Made by a program: the position numbers and the translations under genes. A stretch of 59,377 nucleotides of DNA, the filler included, from Sphacelaria rigidula (Eukaryota): NCBI GenBank assembly GCA_964200075.2. It is 6 parts of 6 records of this genome, joined end to end, with 100 filler letters (N's around TTAATTAATTAA, not from the genome) between each part and the next. Parts side by side here need not be neighbours in the genome. Positions count along the whole stretch, not along the records: positions 9,915 to 19,728 come from CAXNAA020007704.1; positions 19,829 to 29,641 come from CAXNAA020007705.1; 4 more parts are not named here. The stretch is one strand, 5' to 3'. The notes under the pieces are model-generated. The model did no database searches. It saw nothing but the letters and a program-made list of their open reading frames with translations, and was not told the DNA's origin. Positions 11,829-23,752 of the stretch are shown here, in pieces; position 1 is the stretch's first letter; the number at the start of each line of letters is the position of its first letter.

Positions 11829-13609
11829 TCTGTCGCAAACCACCCCTCTACCCCCTGAAAAACCACGAGTGTCTCTGGACTGTCAGCCTGTAAAACTGTT
11901 CCGAGGCGACGCTGGCTGTCTAAGGGTTAACCCTTACACAGAGAGAGCACATCATTTCTTAAATCGGCATCGAATTCACCCGAGAAGAGTGTGCATGATC
12001 TAGATGGACTACCCTTGCGGTCCAAGGGTTAACGGCTCTCAAGTGTTTACGCCGGAATCCTTCGCGTACGCAACCCACACGTACAGTGCTCATCGGCAGC
12101 GGATTGATTATCTCGAAGTATGCCAAAAGCGTGAATCGCTCGGTGCCACGGTAAAAAACATTTGTCATCTTCTTCTATTGGTTGTTGACTCGTCGTCTTC
12201 GCTCGCGACTCGAGCGATAGTTCTCTGAGCCTGTTTCCCGTTAATACCGTGGATTGTTCCTGGCTTCTTTTTTTTTCCTCGCCTCGTCTTCTGTTGCCTC
12301 TTCCCAATCTTCATTCTCTTCCTCTTTTTTTCTTCTTATGCCGTATCAGTATTTGAATCTCGCTCTTGGAGAGCTGGAAGCTGAAAAATTCTGCTGCCTC
12401 AACAGGTCATCAAGTGGCATCTTGCTTCCCCAGCGTTGTATTGGTGCAGCGTCCCAACCTGGACGTCATACGGCAGGCGCCATTCGGGTTCTTTTCTAGG
12501 AACCGCCACTACAGTATATCTTTATCCTAGTGTTTCCCTTGTTTCATCTATTTTCTCTTTACTTTTCTTTGCTTCACTCTTCTTGGTTTCTCCCCTTCTT
12601 CAACACCATCTCCTCCTCCCTTAATTTTTCTTCGGCGAGTGTAGTGCCCCCTTCGGTGCGTGTTTCCGTCCATTTATTTACCTTGGACATGTGACCACCG
12701 CCGGATTCGTAGTGAATCACCTCAAGCGCGTTGGTCTATCGACCGAACAACCACCGACGAAAACAAAAATGGCAAACGCGCACGTGGTGACGGCGACGCG
12801 TCATCATGGGCGGCAGAAACACAAGTGATGCGAAATGGTATTTTCAAGTCCTCTCTTGTAGATTGACAACAGCTCGCCGCGAAGGAGAACCAAACGGCGG
12901 TGCCATACACCGCCGTCGCGCAGCGATGGAAACGTTACACCGTGGATTTCACGGTGCTGACTGTTACCAACACGTCACCGAAGCGAATGGTGAGGGACAC
13001 AAACCTAACCTCACCCGAGTTGCCTCGCCGTTCAGGTTGCGCACGGGGCGAAAGGAGCGCTTTCCTACGGATGCCCAGCCGCAGAATTTCTTCGACACAC
13101 GCATCACTTCGCACTGAAGCTTTGAGGCAAGATATTGTCGGAGACCGGTACCCTGCTCTGCATCAAGTAACCCCGCATCGAAATCATGGATGATTCTGGG
13201 GTATCAAACAGTAGGGGGGAAATAGGCGGCGCCAGGGGGGCGGTCGTCAGAAGAAAGTATCGGCAATGAAGGTGGGGCTAAGCGTGAGCATAAATGGCAA
13301 GTCCTGGCTTGCAACCGTATCATGCTCGAGGTACTTTGCTGCACCCAAAGCGAACGCAGCAACGCATATTCATACTCCGTCGAGCAGTAGCCGAATGCTT
13401 TCAACGTGTGCATAGTCGTACAGACACTTCTTGTCCATCGATGGAAATTGCGACCACGCGGTAAAACACGACGGGCGTTTTATCGGGTAAAGAAAAAAAG
13501 CAGATACCATGAGCAGCATCGGCGTTAGGAACCAACATCACCACTGATGCAACATACGGTACGATTACAAGCCTATCGCATACGGTACGAGCTGGGCCAG
13601 GCTAGAAGG

Positions 13610-13901
13610 GGGTTTTAAGTTTACAGGTGAAATCGCAATTTTCAAACTGGAGTTGGACACTGAAAATTGGTATGGACAATCACCAGGTCATGAAAAAAAT
13701 AATTATGCCGGGTCCCAAAGGGTTTTTTTATGGTTAAACGCCATTTTACCAAAGCCTGAAAACTGATTATTGTCCTAAACTCATGAAAAAAAAATCTTTG
13801 GGACCCGGCATATTGTTTGTTGTTACGCTCTGTTCATCGTCCGTTCCAATGTTCAGGTTCCAATTCCAAGTAAAAAATTGCGAATTCGCATTTTAAAACC
13901 C
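13610..13901. repeat. Long degenerate inverted repeat (fold-back, ~125-bp arms)
   Basis: Perfect 17-bp core tatgccgggtcccaaag (13704-13720) / ctttgggacccggcata (13796-13812). The arms extend to gggttttaa...ttaaaaccc. Confidence 0.8.
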
Positions 13902-14289
13902 GGGCCGGTGGAAAGTCGGAACAGAATTTTGCAGGCCGTTTACCGACCCAAGTTTGGTGTTTGTGTATTGAAACTTTGTGCGGGATCTCGCTGGGTCATG
14001 ATGAACTAAGAAAAATGGATCAGGTTGGTCAAGATTTATTTTTTCGCTGGCTGAGGGCGTTTTAGTATGGCAACGACCATTTTTTCACGAGCACGCCCGA
14101 ACTTTCCCCCCCCCCCAAAAATAAATAAATAAATAAGGCCCGTTTTCTTTCAGCAAACCTCTGTGGTTTTCCATGCTAAGTTTCAAATCACGTTCCTAAA
14201 AATTGAGCAAAAAAATAATTGAAATAAGGCATAAGAGCAATGCTTATTTCTCCTCAAAACTCCCCTAGAAACAAGAAGAAAAAAAATGA

Positions 14290-14610
14290 AGAAAGGGGTG
14301 AAGAGCTGTTTTATTTTATTTTATTTTATTGTGCACTCGCGGTTCTCCATACCAAATTTCATAGCACAACTCTCAAAAACTGAGACGCAATATCCAGATT
14401 TAGGGCATCTAGGGCCTCTGCTCGTAATATATTGGTATTCGTGTGGAAATTGTATGCGCCATATCTCGAGATAGATTGCGAATTGGGTGAAGGTGAGGGT
14501 ATATGTCGTCTCCCCGTGCGATGTGCGGATCACGGCCCAACTCGTCTGTGTCGATGAGACGTTGCTTTGAGACTTCAAATCCGTTTTTAGGGCGGCCCAG
14601 CTCGTATTGC
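14290..14610 (-). repeat. Dispersed repeat homologous to 1833-2350
   Basis: See the 1833-2350 feature. It lies immediately 3' of the 616-aa minus-strand ORF. Confidence 0.8.
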
Positions 14611-14826
14611 AGACAGGGCATCAAACACGGATGCACGGACGCGGCAACTTAACACTAAACCGCAATGCAGGCACCGCCCCGCGGACTCTTCAGTCGATTT
14701 GGGTTCTAAGCCCATGGCCGAAGGATGACCCATCGATTGGAGGCCTAAGCATCCGTGTGCGACGGCAACGCAAAAAGTATACATAAACGTGCGCACGATC
14801 ACCCTTGCAAATGTCACGGATCCGTC

Positions 14827-16677
14827 TCACCTTTTCGCAAATTCTTCTTCGAGACGCGACCATTTTCCGCGGCGCGGAGCATCCGGCGTAAGGACGTAGG
14901 TGACCGCGCCTGCAGAATCGATTTTCACACTCACCATCGACTCGGTCTTCGTTACCTCCTGTTGATCGTTTGGAGGTCTCACTTGGGACGGCACCGGCAA
15001 CACACCGGCGGACGTAACAGGAGCTATCTCTACGGTCCCCGAAGGCCACTGCCCGGTCGCCGAATAATCCGCCTGACGTCTCCCGTCGTTCGAGCGGTCA
15101 CGGACAGGGAACGTTCTTTCCCCAGCAGCTATCCCCGCACCGCCGAGTATCGCGCGTGGACGCGGCGGATCGACACAGCTCTCCTCTCCGGAGCCGGCAG
15201 TGCTTTCTTCATCGTCGTCTTCGTCGACGGGAGGTCGATGCGACGAAACGATATTATCCGGTGGTAGGTTCGGCGCCGCTCTACCGTCCCGTGGCGCGGC
15301 AGATTGTTCGCCAGCACTCCCGGTCTGACTGTGTGTATATTTCCGCTCCTTCGTGCTGTCAGCAGGTGAGCGCCCCCGGTCTGGAACACTGACCTCGGCA
15401 CTCCCGTTATCTTCCACACTGCCGCGACTGACACCGCCTGCCCCGCCCACGCTCACCCTGCTTTTTTCAGCGAACGTCAACGAACCACACGGGGACTCCG
15501 GGACTTGGCCGCCTTTGGCTCCCGACTTCTCACCCTCTGCACAACCGCGACTCTCGGAGTTACCTGCATGGGATTCCGATCGCCAGCTGGACCCACCCCG
15601 CGATGATAAAAACGTAAGACTACAGTCATGTGCCGATTCATGACTAGTGGGGAACTTTCGGTTCAGTCTCGGAATGCTGACTTCTAATGCTGACCAGCGA
15701 TCTGTCTTCTTGGACGGTGATGGCTGCGATGGAACCTTGAGTATGAACCCGTCGCTGTTATCTGCGGCTGCAGTGGCAACGCCGGCGCCGCGCGCTCCGG
15801 TCACATGTGTACCTTTACCCGTCATGCGCGCCTCTCCTGGAGAGTGCATCGGCCGCGCATACCTCTCTGGACACGAACCGTCGTCGTCGTCTTCTCCGCT
15901 ACGGTCATGCCCCCTCTTACTATAACCAGGAAACGTCGCAGATGTAGCATCATCACGGTTGTTTTGGGCACGTTCGGCTCCCACTCTGGTCATCGCCGGG
16001 TTGTGACCAGGGAAAGAATGCCCTCGCCCCGGAAACGTGGCACGGTTCGCGTTTTGGTGGTCATCGGACATCCACGGGCGACGGGGCTCCCAGCCGCAAA
16101 TGTCACCATTTGCTGAAGCACCAACTTCAGCGATCGGGGCTCTGCTAGAATAATTATTACTCATCACCGTCCCCCGCTCGGCGGGCGTGCTACTTACGGT
16201 GGCGCTGGCATCGCTGCATGCCAATGTCCCGCAGACGGGAGATGATCTGCCGTTATCGTTCTGTGCGCGCACGGTTCTCGGAGCGTGCGGAGAAGAACAC
16301 GCTCCACTGTCTTCGTCAGACGGTGGCGTCCCTTGGCTCCGACCATTGCTGCTTGACCTGTCGGCCATTGCGCTACCACGGCAACTCGCAGCCGGCGTAG
16401 TCGTTGTCGCCGACGCCCGGTCTGCTCGCGATGCCTTGACCGAGCTGGCGACCCACCGCTTACATAAGGCCTGGGGCTTTCGCTGCCCGCCGTCGAACAG
16501 AGCCTTCTCTAGAACGTTCGGTGCAATGATTGCCGCCGTTTCCGCCTCTTGAACAGTCCTTTCTGTGCTGCCTCTCGCGCCGACCGCTACGGACGACTCG
16601 ATTCTCAACAAGCTGTCAACCGCCGCCTCGCTCATGCACTGTAAGGAACAAACCGCGGGCTGGTTCGGTTGACGCAC
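14827..16677 (-). CDS. Long low-complexity (S/G/A/R/D-rich) ORF, 616 aa; probable large exon or TE-borne gene of unknown function
   Basis: Longest ORF in the window. The same frame continues after a single TGA into 14587-14817 (contains CLHC). No recognisable domain; start not established. Confidence 0.5.
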   Translation of the reverse strand: MRQPNQPAVCSLQCMSEAAVDSLLRIESSVAVGARGSTERTVQEAETAAIIAPNVLEKALFDGGQRKPQALCKRWVASSVKASRADRASATTTTPAASCRGSAMADRSSSNGRSQGTPPSDEDSGACSSPHAPRTVRAQNDNGRSSPVCGTLACSDASATVSSTPAERGTVMSNNYSSRAPIAEVGASANGDICGWEPRRPWMSDDHQNANRATFPGRGHSFPGHNPAMTRVGAERAQNNRDDATSATFPGYSKRGHDRSGEDDDDGSCPERYARPMHSPGEARMTGKGTHVTGARGAGVATAAADNSDGFILKVPSQPSPSKKTDRWSALEVSIPRLNRKFPTSHESAHDCSLTFLSSRGGSSWRSESHAGNSESRGCAEGEKSGAKGGQVPESPCGSLTFAEKSRVSVGGAGGVSRGSVEDNGSAEVSVPDRGRSPADSTKERKYTHSQTGSAGEQSAAPRDGRAAPNLPPDNIVSSHRPPVDEDDDEESTAGSGEESCVDPPRPRAILGGAGIAAGERTFPVRDRSNDGRRQADYSATGQWPSGTVEIAPVTSAGVLPVPSQVRPPNDQQEVTKTESMVSVKIDSAGAVTYVLTPDAPRRGKWSRLEEEFAKR

Positions 16678-18199
16678 AGTCTGGCCAAGCCAAAAATCAG
16701 TGTCGATGTTTCTCCTAGCGTTTTCTCGACTTCAAAGGTTACCACCTGTAGAGGGTAGGCGAACCACCAAACGAGCATGGACGAGGGCGGCAGGTATTGT
16801 GTGAGTGTAGCCAAATCCACAGGTGGGTCGTCGTCCGCGAGTAAATAACAGCCGCGCTGTGTTGCTGCGAGGAATCAGTTTGAAGACTTGAGGTGCACAA
16901 AAATGTGAGGGTTACGGATTTCATGTGTCGACGTGAGCATACGACCCGCCGTTGGATACTTGTGACTTGGATATCTTGCCCGACGGCCGACCTTCAGCTG
17001 TTTCCGTCCCGCGCTTGGGGCAGCACGCGCTTTCGCGACCGAAAACTTCACTGCTCTAAGCAACGATTTCAACGAACAATCGTCCACAACACGCCGACAA
17101 CCTGGGCCAAGCGCCAATCGCGACATGGATACGGACAATGAAAATCGATATCGACTGTCGATTTTTACCCTCATCAAGACACCCGTCAACCCAGCGGGAA
17201 AATATTCGACAACTTTTTTTTGCCGTACTTTGAACCCCTCCCCTTCCTCGGACTGAGTCCGTGGTCTCAAGCGATCAACCAATCTCTCCCCCAGTACACG
17301 CCTTGCATATTGGTAAAGCGGATTAGGTCAGCACTCCCGCACCGAGTCAACTCACGTCAAACAAACTCATTCGATTACTTTGTTTACTCATGTTCTCACA
17401 GCAAACTGGGTCCGGTTATCTCGGTAAAAAAATGGTTTGCAACTATAGTAATACCCGAGGGAGTGTTTCGGCAAAAAAAGAGATCGACAATTTGCGGCGT
17501 AAAAAGAAGATTTGTGTCTAGTACGTCCACGTCATTTATGTTCTCAGATGGCTTCAAGTAATCTTTACAGCTATTTGCGCGAGACCGGGGTGCAAAAAAA
17601 ACAGAAAATCTCAGCCTTTTCGCTAGAAAACATGCAGCGGAAAGGAACGGAGGGGGCACTTGACTCCTAGCTAAAATACCACCACGCCAGATACCACTTG
17701 TTCACAGAACCATGAAAACCCCACACAAGTGACTCTCACCTACCACGGCAACCCTGCAGATCAGGGCACGAGTCAAGCACAGAAATACATACACTGCGGT
17801 AATTGGGAACCGGCACTATCACCCTCTTGGTATGATGCATTTCTTTTTTGTTAGGGGAACTTCAGCATTTTTTACATGGTACAGCGGGCGACCAAATTGA
17901 GTGCACGCTTATGGAGAGCACAGGCAACCCAAACAATCCGGTGTGCTGCCTGTACTGCACGTTGCCCGCGTTGTCAAATCGTACTGTACGAAACACAAGC
18001 ACACATACTATACGCGGATAGAATAGACTGCACTGAACTGTCTCTACTGATCACGAGTGAACAAGCACCGCTTCACAAATTCGACCGTCTATCTTCGATC
18101 GCGCCAAAGCTTGCAAATTTGCTCGGACCTAAACCGCGCAAAACGGACAAATTACATTGATTGAATTTCATCGAATCAATTCCGCCACATTTTTTTTGC

Positions 18200-18620
18200 A
18201 CGATAATATATTTTTGCCAAGACATCGCCTCAGTACGTATCTCAGGACGTGTCTTGGCCCTTTTTTTTCGATCGCAAAATATGCGGTGGAAACGGATAAT
18301 CCGGTCTGATAGGTCGTGGTTTTCAACGATCATCGTTCATGCTGATGTCATGACCTATCAGATCGGAACGTCTGTTTTCCACCGCACGTTTTGGATCCAA
18401 GCATGATTTGCGTAGACACAGCCTTCGGCCGTGTTTTTTCTTCAGCAAATCATTTTTAGATAAGAAAAGAGCGGCGGAATAAAAAAAAAATCCGATCTGA
18501 TAGGTCAGGATGAGTAGTTATTTTTGTCCACGTCATTCATGTTGACATGACGATTTATCAGATCGTTTTTTGTTCTCTTCTACTGCATTTTTAGATCGAA
18601 AAATATTTTGGCCAAAATCA
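18200..18620. repeat. Two degenerate ~200-bp units each with a (GA)TCTGATAGGTC...GACCTATCAGATC hairpin; third copy at ~19390-19590
   Basis: Hairpin modules at ~18301-18366, ~18492-18565 and ~19463-19526. The gtccacgtcatt(t/c)atgtt motif occurs in the latter two and also at ~17525. Confidence 0.7.
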
Positions 18621-19728
18621 TCTTTCATGGCAGTCACCAATCTCGATTTTTTCGAGCATCGGGAGAAAAAAAAGTCAGAGAACGCATTTTATGGACACTG
18701 ATTTGGACCAAATCGGTGAAAATCATTCCGAGATCGTGACTCCTCCAATTTTTTTTGAGGTGACGTACATGCATTGATGTACAATGGTAGGGTACGAGGT
18801 GTTTGTTATTTTTGCAACGGCAGCAGAAGACAGTCTAGTCACAGCGCGCAAGTGTGCCTGTCCGCGCCAGCTGCTGGAGCAGCTTCGCACGGGGTTTGAC
18901 AAGCGGATAATAAGTGCTGACGCCGTACCCTGCGGCGATGATAATATTTCAGGCTGCACTGCGCTGCTATATGCATCACTATTACGAACGCTACTGTACT
19001 TTCCTGGTCTGTTGTCGCTGTATTCAGGAGTGATGTACGGCACTGCACTACTGAGCTCTGCTCGCGCAAGGTTTGTTCACTGTTATCACAATACCGGCTG
19101 TGCCATCATGTACTACCACACGGCATTATTATTCACTGGCCCGATGGAGTGTCCTGCACCGTATTGCCCTTAGGTACCAAGGTACCACACTGTACTCGAA
19201 GGATTGTTTACCGCCTGCCTGCTCTTCGGCTTCATGCACGAGTACGTAGTACCACCCTCACGCAGAAAATGACCGTCTGTGTACAGAACCGTTTCACAAA
19301 CCTGTGATACTGTATGTCTGTACCATAAAACGATCCCCCTGATTTCTTCAAAATCGGGGTCTAATAAACATCGGGATTCGTTGCCATAAAAGTTGGTCCA
19401 AGACACACGCCCTTCTTAGCAAATTACTTTTGATCGAAAACATGCGGCGGAAAAGAAAGTTTCGATCTGATAGGTTATCATTCATGTCCACGTCATTTAT
19501 GTTGAAGTGACGACCTATCGGATCGAAATGGTCTTTCTCCCCGCACATTTTTATCGGAGAGTAAGGTGCCAAGACACGGCCTGAGGCTTATTCCTCTCGT
19601 GGAGGCCATATCACTAGTTGGTAGGTTTAAGAATTTTTTCAAGTTCATCATTTTGAAATAACGCAAACACCAGACCACGGAAGGCGTCCGCATCAGATGC
19701 CCAGTACGACTGTACCACGCAGATATCG

Positions 19729-19828
19729 NNNNNNNNNNNNNNNNNNNNNNNNNNNNNNNNNNNNNNNNNNNNTTAATTAATTAANNNNNNNNNNNNNNNN
19801 NNNNNNNNNNNNNNNNNNNNNNNNNNNN
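19729..19828. other. Artificial contig spacer
   Basis: 100-bp N run with TTAATTAATTAA. Confidence 0.98.
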
Positions 19829-22800
19829 GCGCTGGAGACACCAGGATCCGCGTGGTGCAGATGGGCTGGTGGTGTATAGCGCTGGCCGAAGCTTGAGCTG
19901 TATGGGTCCAGGGTCATCGATGAAGCGCACGATGTATGTGTCGGCCGAAACCAGGTTAGCGGAGTGGGTCTGACCCAACCACCAGAGGTTGTCGCTGCCT
20001 TTGAACCAAAGGTAGCTGCCCTTGGGCAGGAGTCGCTGTTTCGCGAAGAACTTCGTCTTACAAGTTTTGGTGGGTACAAGTTCGTAACCATCGGCGACGA
20101 AGCGTAGTCCTTGATTGCGATGAAGTTTGCGGACTGCTGCGCCACGACGCATGTTGCGATATTTCTTGTTGTGAGCAAGATGCTGATGTTGGGATTGCGT
20201 CCAGTAAAGGAGGATTGCACGGCGGTGCAATTGCAGGTCGGATTCGCGTTTCCAAGACGCTCTCCGAAGACCGTGCCAGTGTGTCTTACACATGACAGCG
20301 ATTTTGCCACCTCGACCACGGGTTATCTGGTGGCCGGAGGTGGAGGACACTGTCAATCGTAGGGGTCGTTCCGTCACGTCGTCGGTTGTAACGTGATAGG
20401 GCGGGAACTTGGTCGAGTAGCTATTGAGAGCATACTGTGTGAGCCGTGCAGGCAGGTACTTGGGCATATCGCTTGTATCATGCGGGTTCGTGCAGGGTTT
20501 GCATCTGTGCACGGAGACGCGGGGCTCGGTGTCTTTGCCCTGGAAGTCGCGATGCAAGTCGAGATGGAGCAGTCTGTCACCGACGCGTTTTTCATCCGGT
20601 GATGATGACGATGATCCGACTTTCAGGATCTTGAATGGTCCTGTCCAATTGAGGGACAACTTTGTATTGAAGATTGTTTCGTTGGCTGCCTTGCTGGTGC
20701 CTTGGCGAATGGTCGACAAACTGTTGTAGATCCAAACCCACTCACCAACTTTCCAGTCAGGGCGTTTGTGCATGAGGCTGTAGAGAGCAGTGTTAGATCT
20801 CTCTAGGCGCAAGGTGTTGATAGCGTGTTGTTCACGCACGACGGTAAACGCTTTGCGTTGGCGCGCATGCGCTAGCTCGTGGTAGGATATCTGATCCTGA
20901 TCCAATCCTTGGTGGCCGTCGAACGTGTGTCGCTCAAACACGGTGATAGGCAGCCGCGGGTAACGTCCAAGATGGAGTTCGTTTGGAGAAAAGCCTGTGG
21001 CGGCATTAACCGAGTTGTTGTAGGACAATATGATGTGCGAGAGATGCAGGTCCCAGTCATTTTGGCGGTCATTGACAACCATAGAGAGCATTTGGGCCAT
21101 GGTGTGATTAACTCTTTCGGTACCACCGTTACCGTTCGGGTGGTAGACGCTCGTGGCAATTTTGCGGATGCCCAGAAGCTTGTAGAGCTCATCAGAGAAA
21201 TCGGAACAAAATTGCTGACCATTGTCTGAAAGTAGTCACTTTGGGCAACCGTAGTGCTTAATGTAATCGTGGACCAGTATGTCGGCCGTTCCGGCGGCAG
21301 TGAAATCTGCGGCGGTTGCCGCGTACATGGACGCGTGGCGGCTGAAGCGGTCAGTGAAGAGTAAGATGTAGGTGTTGCCGCGACCTGTGGTCGGTAGAGG
21401 GCCAAAGTAATCAAAGGATACAAGGTGGGCGGGCTCGTCGGGGAGTCCCATAGAGATGACGGGCCAGCGTAGTGTCTGTCGTGAAGTTTTTTGGGCTTGA
21501 CATTTGAAGTATCGCCGAATCCAGAAGCGGGTTGAAATTTCCATGCCAACCCACCAGTAGAAGCGTTCCAAGAGCGCGAGAGTGCGGATGACGCCAAGGT
21601 GACATGACAAGTCTGTGTGGCAGCCTTTCATGATCCAGGGGCGCATTTATAATGGTACATACATGCGCGTTGGTTTGTCATTGAGTAGTCGTGCGGTGCG
21701 TCCCGTGGTTGAGGCGGCAATTGCGCCTGTCAAAGTCGTGGGCCGACGCACGGGTAGTTGCACACCTTCATCCGTAGTAAAAAGGGTGCCTTTACGCACG
21801 AGCTCGTATACGTCAGAAATAACAGGTGGTGGCAGTGTGCCAACCGGGGCCAGAAGTGTGGATGGAAAAGGGACTGGACAGTCGAGTTGTAAGTACCGGA
21901 TGGCTGCGCGACAGAGCGGTTCTGCGTTTTGTTCGCGAGCCCAATCGCGGTGGGAGTAGCTGGCGAGAAACTCGCGTAGTTGATCTTCCGCTGGCGAGCC
22001 GACCAAACGTGGTGGGGCAGGCGGCGGGGGAATAGGCGACGGGGCAGGAATGCCGACGTCAATGTCTGTCCCGGAGGCCGGAGCTAAGTCGTCAGCGCCG
22101 TGCTCGGGAGCGGTAAATGTTGGCGGCACCGTGGTGGACGGCGGGGCTGTATCAGCAGTGCGCGGCGAAGATTGTCCACGGCGCGTGGTGCACGGTGCAG
22201 AAGTTTTTGCGGAGCGCTGCGTGTTGGTCCGTGGAACTAGTGCTGGGTGGCTCGTAGAGGTTGTAGGTGTTGTCGGTGGCGGCGGGGCACTTGGTGTGGT
22301 GCGGGCGGCAGACCGAGAGCGCGTGTTGTCGGAGATAAGGTGGGTGACTGGGGTGTCTCCGCGAAGAGTTTCGCGCGAGTACCGAAAGTGCGGGAATCGA
22401 CAAAACCGGAGATAGTAGGCTTTCACCCACCCAAGACGGCGTCATATGGTAGAGGGCGGAGTCCTCCCATATGCATACCGGTTTCCGGGCACTGGAGGTC
22501 GAGAGCGTAAACGGATGTTGCAAAACGTCTAACCGCGTGAATTCCGGGTTCATCGGGTTCCGTTAAATGGCAAGCCGGGCTGGAATCTGCGGCCGTAGGC
22601 GGCAGAGGTAGGCGAGAAAGAAGATCGACATTCCCGTTGGTTTTGCCTGGACGGCGCTTAATGGTATACTGGTATGCTGTTGGAAACTCCAACCATCATT
22701 GTACACGCGGGTTGTGTTCGCCAACCTTGGCGAGTTGTTCAAGTGCTCCGTGATCCGTATAGATCTCGAAGGGCACGTGAAAAAGATATTGTCGAAGGCG

Positions 22801-23274
22801 CTTAATGGCCCAAGTGATTACTCCGCCTTCCAGTTCTAGCGGGCTCCAATTGGCCTCGTTGGGCAGGGTAGCGCGGCTGATATAGAGGATGGGTCGGACG
22901 GAGGCATCAACCTGAGGTTGATTCAAAACTCCTCCAAATCCGTTTGTGCTGGCGTCAGTGTGGAGTTGGAAAAGACGGGAGCCATCTTGTACTGCCTCTC
23001 AATCAGGAAAGTATAGTACCGGCTTTTCGGTAAGCGTCTTGAGTAATTCGCGGGTGATATCCTCCATCTCGGTTGTGAAAGAAAACACGGCTCCTTTCTT
23101 GAGTAACCCAGTAAGGGGGCGAATCCGTTTAGATAAATTCGGCAAATATTTGCGGTAGTAGGATAGCCCGCCCAACAATGAGCGAAGTTGAGAAATGTTA
23201 GTTGGCATCGGCAAACCAGTCATCGCTTTGGCTTGGTTTGTATCCGGATGCAGTCCTGCTGTCGACGCCAAGTG
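19829..23274 (-). mobile_element. Decayed Ty3/Gypsy LTR-retrotransposon pol (RT C-terminus/connection, RNase H, integrase, chromodomain-like C-terminal extension)
   Basis: QLRSLLGGLSYYRKYLPN (RT thumb); LHTDAS...ELE...YTDH...DLLSR (RNase H); H-x5-H-LG..RT...RFYWW...KCQ (integrase Zn finger); DYFGPLP...TDRFSR...LLSDNG..F...YHPNGNGGTERVN (rve core). The RT-RH-IN order is Gypsy. In-frame stops at ~22999, 22696, 21647 and 21236, plus a frameshift near 22425. Confidence 0.95.
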
Positions 23275-23752
23275 TGATGAGGCTGTTGTGCTGTTATAGC
23301 AGGGACACAGCTTGCAGTCCAAGGTAAAGGCTCACAAGGTAAGTGGACAGCAGTCAGGCTGTCACAGCCCTGCACAATGCTGAACACAGGCTCAGCACAA
23401 TACATCTGACGAGTTCTCACGCGATGGTTCTTCACTTCTTCTTGATAGCTTGTCTCTAACTTCCAGTATCCAATCAATCCATCCAACCGAAACCAATCAA
23501 TGTGTCTCACCGATGCTTAGACTTATTTTGCTGGAAAGCAGTAAGGGAGCGGTAGGTAGTGTCGATGGTGGGGAGCTTTGGTCGTGTTCAATGAACAAAG
23601 CTGACATCATCTCTGCAATATACAGATTCACACTCGTACCTGACCAACTCTGAACAGGCCTGCAGTCGTGTATCTTAGAATACTCCAAGCACGAAATAGC
23701 CAGAAATGCAGATAGCCAGACTCGACAACGGGTCTGAAGCGGCATGACAACA
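23273..23752. mobile_element. Possible solo-LTR-like segment truncating the Gypsy RT
   Basis: Begins TGTGATG exactly where RT homology stops and could end ...ATGACAACA. No TSD found. Confidence 0.3.

Noticed and set aside
1833-14610. Giant element bounded by inverted repeats at 1833-2350 and 14290-14610
   Set aside because: The two copies are on different concatenated contigs, so their relative orientation is arbitrary.
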